Shown here piece by piece: positions 8,375 through 17,093 of a DNA stretch of 64,000 nt (the first letter of the stretch is position 1; each line of letters starts with the position of its first letter). The position numbers were made by a program, and so were the translations under genes. Source of the stretch: Candidatus Hadarchaeales archaeon (GTDB lineage: Archaea; Hadarchaeota; Hadarchaeia; Hadarchaeales; WYZ-LMO6); NCBI GenBank assembly GCA_038851755.1, contig JAWCKR010000002.1:55557-119556 (forward strand), written 5' to 3'. Under the pieces are notes generated by a model that worked only from the letters and a program-made list of their open reading frames with translations, searched no databases and was not told the DNA's origin.

Positions 8375-9850
8375 CTGAGGGAGAGCACGGATCCTCAGGA
8401 ACTCGATGGACTCCTCAGTCCCCGAAGTGTGGCCCTGGTGGGGGCCTCCCCCAACCCTTACTCTGGGGGATATGCATACGCAGTCCACCTCCTGCAGGAC
8501 TTCAAGGGCAAGTTCTTCTTCGTGAACCCCAAGGTGGGTGAGATCCTCGGGGTGAAGACCTATCCCAGCCTGCTCGACATCCCCGGGAGGGTGGACTACG
8601 TCATCTGCAGTATCTCCTCGGAGAAAGTGCCCTCCCTGCTGGAGGAGTGCTCGAAGAAGGGAGTGAGGATGATCCATCTCTTCACGGCGAGGATGTCGGA
8701 GACGGGGAGGGAGGAGGGGGAGAGACTGGAAAAGGAAATTGTGGAGAAGGCGAGGAGGCTTGGGATCAGGGTGCTGGGCCCCAACTGCATGGGGCTCTAC
8801 AACCCGGAGGTGGGTCTCACCTACGGCTACTCCTTTCCCGAAGAGCCTGGCCCGGTGGGGGGGATCTTTCAGAGCGGGGGTCTCTCCACCGACTTCGTCC
8901 ACTACGGATACCTGAGGGGGCTCAGGTTCAGCAGGGTGGTAAGCTACGGGAACGGCAGGGACCTGGATGAGTCCGAACTCCTCCGGTACTTCTCCTGGCA
9001 TCCCTCCACCAGGGTGGTGGCGATGTACCTGGAGGGTGTGAGGGACGGCAGGAAGTTCGTCAGCGCCCTCAGGGAGACGGCGGGGAAGAAACCGGTGGTG
9101 GTGCTGAAGGGGGGAAAGGGAGGAACGGGGGCCAGGGCGATCCGCTCCCACACCGCCTCCGTGGCCGGCAGGGAGGAGGTGTGGAGGGCGGTCCTGAGGA
9201 GCAGCGGGGCAGTGGAGGTGGACAGCTTCGAGGAGCTCCTGGACCAGCTCGTGGCGTTCACCTTTCTCCCCCCCTCGACGGGCAGGAGGGTGGCGGTCCT
9301 GGGCGGGGGAGGGGGGAAGAGCGTGCTCTCGGCCGATCTCTGGGAGAGGGAGGGGTTTGAGCTGCCGGACCTGAGCCCCTCCCTCAGAGAGAAGCTCAGG
9401 GAGATGTGTCCTGGGGAGTGGGACTGGGTGGGGAACCCCGTGGACTTCTCCATCCTGCAGGAGCGCCCGGTCATGCCGCAGGAGTGGCTGGAGCTGATGG
9501 ACGACAGTGGGGACTTTGACTTCTTCGTCTTCAACCTCACGGAGGACGATCCCCTGCCGGAGGAGGTGTGGAGGTTCTGGATGGATGAGCAGGTGAACGG
9601 GCTTCTGAGGTTCAAGCGCAGGGGGAAGCCCCTGCTCGCGGTGGTGCCCTCAGCGGGCGTGGACTCCAGGGAGCTCAGGAGGTGGAGGTGGGGAGCCATA
9701 GGGGAGATCAGGAGGAGGATGGTGGAGGAGGGCCTGCCGGTCTTTCCTTCCGTGGAGAGGGCGGCCAGGGCACTCAGGAGGTTCGTGAACTACTGGGAGA
9801 GGAGAGCTGGGAAGGGGGTCAGCCCTTCTTGCTCTTCAAGTAGCTCGTGA
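8375..9850 (+). CDS. ADP-forming acyl-CoA synthetase alpha-like (CoA-binding) protein
   Basis: LDGLLSPRSVALVGAS, GPNCMG, QSGG, SHTAS phospho-His and NPVD; the frame is open upstream of GTG 8429, so the start is uncertain (CTG 8375?). Confidence 0.85.
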   Translation: MRESTDPQELDGLLSPRSVALVGASPNPYSGGYAYAVHLLQDFKGKFFFVNPKVGEILGVKTYPSLLDIPGRVDYVICSISSEKVPSLLEECSKKGVRMIHLFTARMSETGREEGERLEKEIVEKARRLGIRVLGPNCMGLYNPEVGLTYGYSFPEEPGPVGGIFQSGGLSTDFVHYGYLRGLRFSRVVSYGNGRDLDESELLRYFSWHPSTRVVAMYLEGVRDGRKFVSALRETAGKKPVVVLKGGKGGTGARAIRSHTASVAGREEVWRAVLRSSGAVEVDSFEELLDQLVAFTFLPPSTGRRVAVLGGGGGKSVLSADLWEREGFELPDLSPSLREKLREMCPGEWDWVGNPVDFSILQERPVMPQEWLELMDDSGDFDFFVFNLTEDDPLPEEVWRFWMDEQVNGLLRFKRRGKPLLAVVPSAGVDSRELRRWRWGAIGEIRRRMVEEGLPVFPSVERAARALRRFVNYWERRAGKGVSPSCSSSSS

Positions 9851-10790
9851 GAGCAGGGATCACCTGGTAGAGGTCTCCCACGATCCCGTAGTCGGCCACC
9901 TTGAAGATGGGTGCCTCTGGATCCTTGTTGATGGCCACGATGATCTTCGAGTCCCTCATCCCCGCCAGGTGCTGGACCTGCCCGGAGATGCCCACGGCCA
10001 TGTACATCCTGGGCTTCACCTTGTGCCCGGAAAGACCCACCCAGTGGTCCTCGGGGAGCCACTTGAGGTCCGCGGCTATGGGCCTGGAGCATCCCAGCGT
10101 GGCCCCGATCAGGCCAGCCAGCTCCTCCAGCAGCTTCAGGTCCTCCTTCTTCCTGAAACCCCTCCCGCAGGAGGTGATGAGCTCCGCGTCCTCTATCTTT
10201 ATTCCCTTCACCTCTTTCTTCTTCAGCTCCAGCACCTTCTTCTCCACGGCTGGTACCTCCACCTTCACCTCCACCACCTCCCCTTTCTTGGAGTCGTCCT
10301 TCGGAGGCTTCTCGAAGGTCCTGGGGGGGACCGTGGCGATCTGCGGTTTGGTCTTCGAGAACTCGGTGGCCACCACCATCGCGGAGATGGCAGGACGCTC
10401 GGCTATGAGGAGTTTCTTTTCCTTGTCTATCCTGAGGTTCGTGGCCCCCGCCGCGCACCCCACGTTCAGCCTGGTGGCGAGCCTGGGGGCGGTTTCCTTC
10501 CCTCTCTTGGTGGCGCCTATCAGCATGACCTCAGGCTTGGCCGCTTCCACCACCTTGGCCAGGGCCTCGGTGTAGGTCTCCGGCAGGAAGGAGGCCAGTG
10601 AGGGGTGATCCACCACGTAGACCACCTCGGCCCCGTAGGCGAAGAGCTCTCCTTCCTTGCCCTTCACACCGCTTCCCACCAGGGCGGCGGCGAGCTTGGT
10701 GCCCAGCTCCCCCGCCAGCTCACGGCCCTTGCCCAGGAGTTCAGCGGCCACCTCCAGGTTCTCGGAGAAGACCAGTACCGTCATCCTCAC
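9819..10790 (-). CDS. etfA: Electron transfer flavoprotein alpha subunit
   Basis: GCSRP, VGLSGHKVKP, GISGQVQHLAGM and AINKDPEAPIF. Confidence 0.95.
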   Translation of the reverse strand: MRMTVLVFSENLEVAAELLGKGRELAGELGTKLAAALVGSGVKGKEGELFAYGAEVVYVVDHPSLASFLPETYTEALAKVVEAAKPEVMLIGATKRGKETAPRLATRLNVGCAAGATNLRIDKEKKLLIAERPAISAMVVATEFSKTKPQIATVPPRTFEKPPKDDSKKGEVVEVKVEVPAVEKKVLELKKKEVKGIKIEDAELITSCGRGFRKKEDLKLLEELAGLIGATLGCSRPIAADLKWLPEDHWVGLSGHKVKPRMYMAVGISGQVQHLAGMRDSKIIVAINKDPEAPIFKVADYGIVGDLYQVIPALTSYLKSKKG

Positions 10791-11578
10791 ACCTTCAGGA
10801 CTCCCTCCTTCACGAGGGCTTTCACCAGCTCCTCCACCTGCTGGGGAAGCTCACCCTGGAAGACCACATTTTTCCTGCCCATTACCGGAGCCTCGGCCTT
10901 CATCACCTGTATGGCCGACCCGGCGAGCCCCACCTCCTCGTTCTTCAGCCCGAGGTCGGCGGCCCCCCAGGTGTCCACCTTCTTCTTGGAGGCGGCCATG
11001 ATCTTGGGCAGGGTGGCGAACCTGGGCTCGTTGATTTCCTTGGTGACCGTGACCACGGCCGGAAGCTTGGCCTCCACCACCTCGTAACCCTCCTCCAGGT
11101 CCCTCTCCACCACGATCTTTCCGTCACCCACCGAAACGATGTTCCTCACGTAGGTGAGCTGTGGGAGGTTGAGGAGGGCGGCCAGCCTGGGACCCACCAT
11201 CCCCGAGTAGCCGTCCATGCTCGCCTCGGCCAGCAGGACGAGGTCCACGTTCCCTATCTTCTTTATCGCCGCCGCCAGCACCCTGGCGGTGGCGAGGGTA
11301 TCGGAGTTCTCGAAGGCGGGGTCGCTGAGCAGGTAGGCGTTGTCGATCCCCATGGCCAGGGCCTCCCTCAGGGCCCTCATGGCATCGGCGGGTCCCATGG
11401 TTATCACGAAGGTCTCGGCCTTCTGCTTTTCCTTGAGCCTCACGGCTTCCTCTATGGCGTTCTTGTCGAAGTCGCTTATTTTCCTGGAGACTCCATCGGT
11501 GATCAGGAGGCGCGTGCTGGGATCCACCTTGAGCTCGGCGGGATCAAAAACCTGCTTGATGCACACCACGACGCGCAT
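10787..11578 (-). CDS. etfB: Electron transfer flavoprotein beta subunit
   Basis: VVCIKQV, DKNAIEEAVRLKE, ALAMG, DTLATA and INEPR. Confidence 0.95.
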   Translation of the reverse strand: MRVVVCIKQVFDPAELKVDPSTRLLITDGVSRKISDFDKNAIEEAVRLKEKQKAETFVITMGPADAMRALREALAMGIDNAYLLSDPAFENSDTLATARVLAAAIKKIGNVDLVLLAEASMDGYSGMVGPRLAALLNLPQLTYVRNIVSVGDGKIVVERDLEEGYEVVEAKLPAVVTVTKEINEPRFATLPKIMAASKKKVDTWGAADLGLKNEEVGLAGSAIQVMKAEAPVMGRKNVVFQGELPQQVEELVKALVKEGVLKV

Positions 11579-11598
11579 CGCTTTTTTGCCCTCTCTGC

Positions 11599-11614
11599 AT
11601 ATAAAAAACTTTTG
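11599..11614 (-). promoter_or_regulatory. BRE/TATA-like promoter for etfBA
   Basis: Minus strand CAAAAGTTTTTTATAT about 20 nt upstream of ATG 11578. Confidence 0.55.
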
Positions 11615-11674
11615 CTTTAGGGATGAGACGGGGCGGGGTTCATATCGCCCTATACTCCAGCCTGAGGGGTTGGA

Positions 11675-11806
11675 TGGTGGGGCCGCCAGGATTTGAACCC
11701 GGGTTTGCAGGTCTCTCCGAGCTCCAGTGATACATCATCCTTTCCGTCAGCAGACCCACACCACCTCACTGGAGCCTGCTGTGCTACCAAGCTACACCAC
11801 GGCCCC
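11675..11806 (-). tRNA. tRNA-Trp(CCA) with a 56-nt intron at 37/38 (11713-11768); CCA encoded
   Basis: GGGGCCG acceptor, GCAGG-CTCCAG/A-CCTGC anticodon arm, GTTCAAATC T-loop, CGGCCCCACCA end. Confidence 0.95.
11713..11768 (-). ncRNA. Box C/D guide RNA encoded in the tRNA-Trp intron
   Basis: D' CTGA, C' ATGATG and D-variant CGGA; guides TGGGTCT and TCACTGGAGC are complementary to the pre-tRNA's own exon/junction sequence. Confidence 0.8.
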
Positions 11807-11885
11807 TTCCTCTCTCTTCCCCCTTCCTTAAAAACTCATCCCGTTCAACCCCCGGATTAAAAGGGACGCAGGGGGAAGTAGGACG

Positions 11886-12302
11886 ATGGAGATCTCGGTG
11901 AGGCTGGAGTACCTCTCCGCCGAAAGGCTCTGGGACCACGAGAAACCCTTCCCTCGAGAGATGCACCTCTCCACCAACCTCAGCCTGACGGAGGTGAAGC
12001 CTGAAGGGGAAAGGGTGGTGATCTCCTACACCGTTTCCATCCTCTACTCCCCCTCCGTGGCCCAGATGAACCTCAGGGGCAAGGCCTTCCTGACGGGCAG
12101 GCGTGAGGAGCTGGAGAAGGTGGTGGAGGGATACGGGAAGCAGAGGGCCCCTCCCCTGGAGCTCCTCCAGCCCCTGATGGGCGCCGTGCTCGTGGAGGCC
12201 ACCATTCTCTCCCGCTCCCTCCAGCTTCCTCCCCCTCTTCCCTTACCCCTCCTCTCCAAGCCTCCCGAGGGAAAGGAGGACAAGCCCTCATACGTGGGTT
12301 GA
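11886..12302 (+). CDS. Conserved-looking archaeal hypothetical protein (beta-sheet plus helix, Pro-rich tail)
   Basis: ATG-started 138-aa ORF with host-like codon use; no catalytic motif recognised. Confidence 0.7.
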   Translation: MEISVRLEYLSAERLWDHEKPFPREMHLSTNLSLTEVKPEGERVVISYTVSILYSPSVAQMNLRGKAFLTGRREELEKVVEGYGKQRAPPLELLQPLMGAVLVEATILSRSLQLPPPLPLPLLSKPPEGKEDKPSYVG

Positions 12303-12416
12303 GGGGCTCAGCCCTTCTTCCTCATCGCCTCGCTCGGTCCTCGAAAGCCTCTTCCTCGCCCCTCCTCCGGCAGGGGGTGGTGAGGCTTTATCCCTTCCGG
12401 AAGGGAGAGGGAGGGG

Positions 12417-12953
12417 ATGAAGGTAGCCTTCCCTCCCAGGAAGCAAAGAGTGGGGATACCCTGCGTCAGGGGCAGGGCCACCCTCATCGGGGAGGGCCTC
12501 TTCAAGAGCGTGTTCAGGGTGGGCCCCCTGGTGGTGAAGGCCTACAAGGGAAAGTACGCGGGGAAGAACCCTCTTCTGAAGCCCGAGGAGCTGGATGCGA
12601 GGATAAGGGAGGCGCACAGGAAGGTGTCCTTCCTTCCCCGCTACTACGGGCTGGTGGTGGGGTGCGTGGAGCGAGGGGGGAGGAGGCAGGTCGTCCCCCT
12701 CTCCTTTCACGAGTACGTGAAGCCCCTGAGGTACCACTCCGTGAGGGAGCTGGGGAGGGTGCTGAGGTTCATCCTGAGGGCGGCGGAGGACGGGTACGTG
12801 CTGGACGTGAAGATGCCCAACTTCGGGGTGAAGAGGGGCAGGCTCTACTACCTGGACGAGATGGGGTTGGGGAGCGGGGTGCTCCCCCCCGACCTGCTCG
12901 AGCACTTGCTCTACCTCTTCAGGCCTCCCAGGAAGAAGGTCACTCCAGCATGA
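12417..12953 (+). CDS. Small protein-kinase-like fold protein
   Basis: IGEGLFKSVF Gly loop, VVK Lys, DVKMPNF catalytic loop, YLDE; GGAGGGG SD before the ATG. Confidence 0.65.
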   Translation: MKVAFPPRKQRVGIPCVRGRATLIGEGLFKSVFRVGPLVVKAYKGKYAGKNPLLKPEELDARIREAHRKVSFLPRYYGLVVGCVERGGRRQVVPLSFHEYVKPLRYHSVRELGRVLRFILRAAEDGYVLDVKMPNFGVKRGRLYYLDEMGLGSGVLPPDLLEHLLYLFRPPRKKVTPA

Positions 12954-13740
12954 GGGCTGCAGCCTCTTCCACCGTGGAGACCTCCAGGACCTGCAGGCCC
13001 CACCCCTGTTCCAGGGAGTAGGTGTTCAGGTCCACGGTCTTGGGGCGGTAGGTGATCCAGCGCCATCCTGGGAAGGGCTCATAGGTCACCTGTTCGTATA
13101 TCGTCACCCTGCCCTGGCCTGTGGGCACGAGGAAGCGGGTGGCCCCCTCTCTCGCCGCGGCCTGGGCCTTGTAGAACACTCCACCCACCTGCCCTATCGT
13201 TCCGTCCTCCTCCACGGTCCCCGTGATCATATAGCCCTCCTTTATCCTCCGGTTCTCGAGCGCGGCCAGCACGGCCAGGGTGGTGGCCGCACCCGCGCTC
13301 GGACCGTCTATGGCCTCCACCCTCACCTCCTTCCCTGGGCCCGCCACCAGGAAGTAGATATCATAACCCTTCAGCCCCACTCCGTCCTCGTCCAGCGGGT
13401 AGCCGGCCATGGACCCCGCCACCCTCACCGCCCTCCTGTCGGAGTCCTGGAAGTCGAAGCCCACCAGCATGGGGTCCACGCTCAGGTACACGTAGCCTTC
13501 CCCGGGTTTGATCTTGACGGCCAGGGTGCACACCACTCCCGTGGGGGTTTCCCCGGAGCTCACGGCCACGATGGGAACGGTGGAGCCGGAGTTCTCCAGC
13601 CACTGTTGCAGGTTCACCGCACCGCCATGCTGGACGGTGTGCGGAAGGTGGAGGAGGAGATGGTAGCCCAGGAGACCGCAGAGTAGACCCAGCAGGAAGG
13701 CGGCTGCGAGCCTTGGAAGAAGGCCGGGTTTGCGCGGCAT
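12940..13740 (-). CDS. Membrane-anchored S16 (Lon-C domain) serine protease
   Basis: N-terminal TM segment; IDGPSAG catalytic Ser, ITGTVEEDGTIGQVGGVFYKAQAA catalytic Lys. Confidence 0.88.
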   Translation of the reverse strand: MPRKPGLLPRLAAAFLLGLLCGLLGYHLLLHLPHTVQHGGAVNLQQWLENSGSTVPIVAVSSGETPTGVVCTLAVKIKPGEGYVYLSVDPMLVGFDFQDSDRRAVRVAGSMAGYPLDEDGVGLKGYDIYFLVAGPGKEVRVEAIDGPSAGAATTLAVLAALENRRIKEGYMITGTVEEDGTIGQVGGVFYKAQAAAREGATRFLVPTGQGRVTIYEQVTYEPFPGWRWITYRPKTVDLNTYSLEQGWGLQVLEVSTVEEAAALMLE

Positions 13741-13863
13741 CCTCTTTTTTGGGAGGAGGGATCTGCCTTATAGATAACGGAACATCGAGGGCATGCGCGG
13801 ATGTTAAAAATGGCCCTATTTTCATACGCCACGAAAAATTTAGCGGCCTGACGGCAGGGGATT

Positions 13864-15390
13864 TCAACGGATTTTAATCCTGTCCCCGTTTTTAATGAGA
13901 AGCACCTCTCGATTCTTCACATTCTCCCTAAAGAACTCCGGGTTTTCCGTGTGGACAGGGACAACCACCTTCGGACCGATTTCTTCCACCATGTATAGCA
14001 ACTCCTCTGGCGACGCGTGGCCGGATGCGTGGAAACCAGGGTCGAACTGCGGCTTTCCCGTCGACTCATCTATCCTGAATCCAAAGACCCTCAGCCCGAA
14101 GAGCCGGAGCCACTCCCACAACCTGCAGAAGTCGAACTCTGCCTCCTCGTTGAACGCTTCGCTGCCAGAGTAGATGTATGTTCCACCGCGTGTGCCGATA
14201 TCGAGCAGGTTTTTGATATCCCAGAAGCTGAAGCACAGAATGTAAGCCTCGGGATTCTTGGCCACATCCATCGGATCCAGAACCCTGTCTTTGAAGTCCT
14301 CCTCCAGGATGCCACGCTCCCACCCGTCGACTCTCTCCTTCAGGCCTCGGTAGACAGCAAGGTCTCTCATACGATCAATCCCATCGACATATCCAATGGC
14401 TTTTAACATGTACGCATCTCGTGTCGTGACCACCAGTCTGCGCCCAACCTCCTTGGCGACCTTTGAGAAGGTCTCGAGTCGCTCAAAGTGCCGGGGGGAG
14501 AAGTCCGCCACCACGAGGCCACGCTCGTCCCGGACGGCGGAGAGGCTGTTCTCGTAGACGTCATCCTCTGACTCCTCTCTTGTCTTTTCCCTCCCTATGC
14601 GGGTCCCCTCTATTACCAGCACCTTCGGGTCAAGCCCGGAGGCCTCTTGCACGAACCGTTTGGTCTTCCTCGCCAGGGCACCGTGCATTCGGAGGTCCCC
14701 CGTATACACTGCCCATCCAGCGTCAGTTTCGAATGCGTAGGCAGTTGCGCCATAAATCGAGTGGTCAACCTCAAAAGCCTTGAAGGGGATTGGCCCTGCC
14801 TTCGCCTCCGTGAGTTCCCCTTGCTGTAGGTCCTTTTTGGCGGCGTACCTCCAGAACCACCTTAGTCTTTCGCTCGGAGCGCCCGTGCAGAAGAATCGCC
14901 TACCCTGGTAAGGAGCCTTCCTCTGGCTCTCGAGTATTCGGGCGTCCATGTCCCCCCTTCTCGGGGTGAAGTATGCCACCTCGTGCGGCGGGTCTGACTT
15001 TCCAGAGTCCTGATAGGCCTTCAGGATTGCGATCGTCATCGGCGAGGCATAGACTGGGATTGTGGGGTCAAGTAGCCCGATGCACCCAGCGTGGTCCATG
15101 TGGGCATGGGTGAGGAAAACCCCGTCGACCCTGAGGTGCTGGAGCCTGAAGCTGAAGTCGGATGGGATGAGGTCTTGGCGGTAGATGTCAATGGGCGGGA
15201 CTAGCCCCATCGCCAAATAGTCGTGAACCCCCCTTATCGCCCTAGGCTTGAGGTACTCCTCGTAGAACTGCCCCATGCGCTTGTAATTGGTTCCGAAGTC
15301 GAGGAGGAGCCCCTTGTCACCGGATTCCAAGTGAATCTTGTTGCCGCCGATCGAGTCGGCTCCGTCGAGTATGGTAAGGGTCGTGGTCAG
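13864..15390 (-). CDS. MBL-fold/beta-CASP ribonuclease (RNase J-like)
   Basis: IGGNKI, THAHMDH, VDHS, YTGDLR, EGT, HASGHA and PVHTE; probable CTG start at 15390 after SD GGGGGTGA. Confidence 0.88.
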   Translation of the reverse strand: MTTTLTILDGADSIGGNKIHLESGDKGLLLDFGTNYKRMGQFYEEYLKPRAIRGVHDYLAMGLVPPIDIYRQDLIPSDFSFRLQHLRVDGVFLTHAHMDHAGCIGLLDPTIPVYASPMTIAILKAYQDSGKSDPPHEVAYFTPRRGDMDARILESQRKAPYQGRRFFCTGAPSERLRWFWRYAAKKDLQQGELTEAKAGPIPFKAFEVDHSIYGATAYAFETDAGWAVYTGDLRMHGALARKTKRFVQEASGLDPKVLVIEGTRIGREKTREESEDDVYENSLSAVRDERGLVVADFSPRHFERLETFSKVAKEVGRRLVVTTRDAYMLKAIGYVDGIDRMRDLAVYRGLKERVDGWERGILEEDFKDRVLDPMDVAKNPEAYILCFSFWDIKNLLDIGTRGGTYIYSGSEAFNEEAEFDFCRLWEWLRLFGLRVFGFRIDESTGKPQFDPGFHASGHASPEELLYMVEEIGPKVVVPVHTENPEFFRENVKNREVLLIKNGDRIKIR

Positions 15391-15635
15391 GTAGTCACCC
15401 CCGAATTCCAATAAGTGGTCCCCAGGATAAATGGCTCATGTTTTAAAGGTAAAGCCGAGGGCGAAAAACGTGTTCTCCCGCCGACTGTTTCCCCTTCCCG
15501 CTCGCTGTAAATTGGATCTTAATTTTTTGAAAACTTCCATCCGCAAAAAGAGCTGCGACTCCGCTGGTTGTGGCTTGAAGCACCTTATCCGTTGCCGTTA
15601 ATTATCCAGAAAAACAAGGATTGAGAGAGAAGAAA

Positions 15636-16901
15636 ATGAATCATAGGAACGAAATTGAAAGGATTCGGGCGGTCTTAACGGCTGCGATACCTTTCATCAG
15701 TTCGCTGGTAAGAAAATCCAGGATCGTTTTCCATCCTACTCTACCCTTCGTGTCCGCAGTGGATGAAAACTCGGTAATTCATCTGGGGGAGGATTTCTTC
15801 TCCCTTTCCTTCGAGGACCAAGCTTTCGTTTTGGGACATGAAGCTCTTCATGTTTCCCTTCTTCACCCGCTGAGGGCAAAGAGGGTGGAAAACCCCTTCG
15901 CGTACAACCTCGCCGCGGATGTCGTCGTGTGCCATCTCTTGGGCCAGCTGATGCATACTCAACAGTGGGTTCCACCGTGGGAAGAGCTGAGACTCCCCGA
16001 GGGGTGGGAAGGATGTTCGGTGGAGGAGATTTACGAATGGTTGAAAAGAAGTGCAGTGAATTTAGTGGGAGGGAGGGACTTAACGGTCGAGGGGGATTCT
16101 TCCCGCACTCCTTTGGAAGGGATTAAGGTATTGCAGAAGGTAAGGAGGAAAAAAATGGTCGGATGGGATCTTCTCCACACTCCCCCAGAAGGTGGGGAGG
16201 TACTACAGGAGGGAGATTCCAACCTTTACGGGGGGACAGTGGAGGAGAGGGAGGAGGGATGGAGGGAGGTCATGTACCAAGCCATGGAGGTGGCGAAGCA
16301 GGCGGGAAAACTACCCGCCGGCGTGGCGAGGTCCGTAGAAGAGATGCTAAAACCGAAACTCCCCGTCCGCTCCCTGCTCAGGCAGTACATCAGGGAGGGC
16401 ATAGGGAAGACCGTCGTAGGAACTTGGACGAGGGAGAGCAGGAAGACCCCTGACATGCCTGGGATAAGGAGGTTCACGGTGCCCAACATCTGGGCGCTGG
16501 TGGACACCTCTGGGTCTATCGGAGAGGAGGAGCTCTCTCTCTTCGTGGGGACCATATACGAGTTCAACAGTCTGGCGAACATCACCGTGGTCTGCTGGGA
16601 CGGGGAAGCCTACGAGCCCATCAAACTGAAACAAAAATCCCAAGTGCTGGAAAGACTGAGAGAGAAGATGAGAGGAGGAGGGGGAACGATCATCATCCCC
16701 GCTCTCAAAAAGACCCTAGAGGAGATGCGGGGGGCGAACATCGTACTGGTGCTCTCGGACGGACACATCTACGATTGGGATAAGGCAAAACCCTACCTCG
16801 CGCAGGTGGCGAGGAAGGCCCTGTTCTCCGTTTTGCTGTGGACGGATAAAGAAATCAAACACCCGCTGTGGAAGTCTCTGAAGCTCACTGCCGAGCACTG
16901 A
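15636..16901 (+). CDS. DUF2201-like metallopeptidase plus VWA domain protein
   Basis: LGHEALH (HExxH), YNLAAD, VDTSGS MIDAS, GGGGT and LSDG. Confidence 0.85.
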   Translation: MNHRNEIERIRAVLTAAIPFISSLVRKSRIVFHPTLPFVSAVDENSVIHLGEDFFSLSFEDQAFVLGHEALHVSLLHPLRAKRVENPFAYNLAADVVVCHLLGQLMHTQQWVPPWEELRLPEGWEGCSVEEIYEWLKRSAVNLVGGRDLTVEGDSSRTPLEGIKVLQKVRRKKMVGWDLLHTPPEGGEVLQEGDSNLYGGTVEEREEGWREVMYQAMEVAKQAGKLPAGVARSVEEMLKPKLPVRSLLRQYIREGIGKTVVGTWTRESRKTPDMPGIRRFTVPNIWALVDTSGSIGEEELSLFVGTIYEFNSLANITVVCWDGEAYEPIKLKQKSQVLERLREKMRGGGGTIIIPALKKTLEEMRGANIVLVLSDGHIYDWDKAKPYLAQVARKALFSVLLWTDKEIKHPLWKSLKLTAEH

Positions 16902-16934
16902 GAAACCGCTTCTTTTGGAGGCCAGAATGGGTCT

Positions 16935-17081
16935 AAACAGAAGTCGCAGGTGTTGGAGAGGCTTAAGAGAAAAATGGGGATAAAGCCCTATCTCGCGCAG
17001 GTGGCGAGGAAGTGGTTTTGTTCAATCTTCCTTTGGACGGACTGGAGAATCAAAAGCACCCTAAGCCCATCTGGCTTCTGA
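16935..17081 (+). pseudogene. Diverged relic of the C-terminus of a VWA-gene homologue
   Basis: Translates KQKSQVLERLKRKMGIKPYLAQVARKWFCSIFLWTDWRIK, matching two C-terminal blocks of 15636-16901; 21-nt identity between 16797-16817 and 16992-17012. Confidence 0.75.
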
Positions 17082-17093
17082 GCTAGGATGAGA

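Noticed and set aside
16629-17081. VWA 3' end plus downstream copy as a DGR variable/template repeat pair
   Set aside because: Differences are mostly synonymous third-position changes not confined to adenines, and no reverse transcriptase is present in the window.
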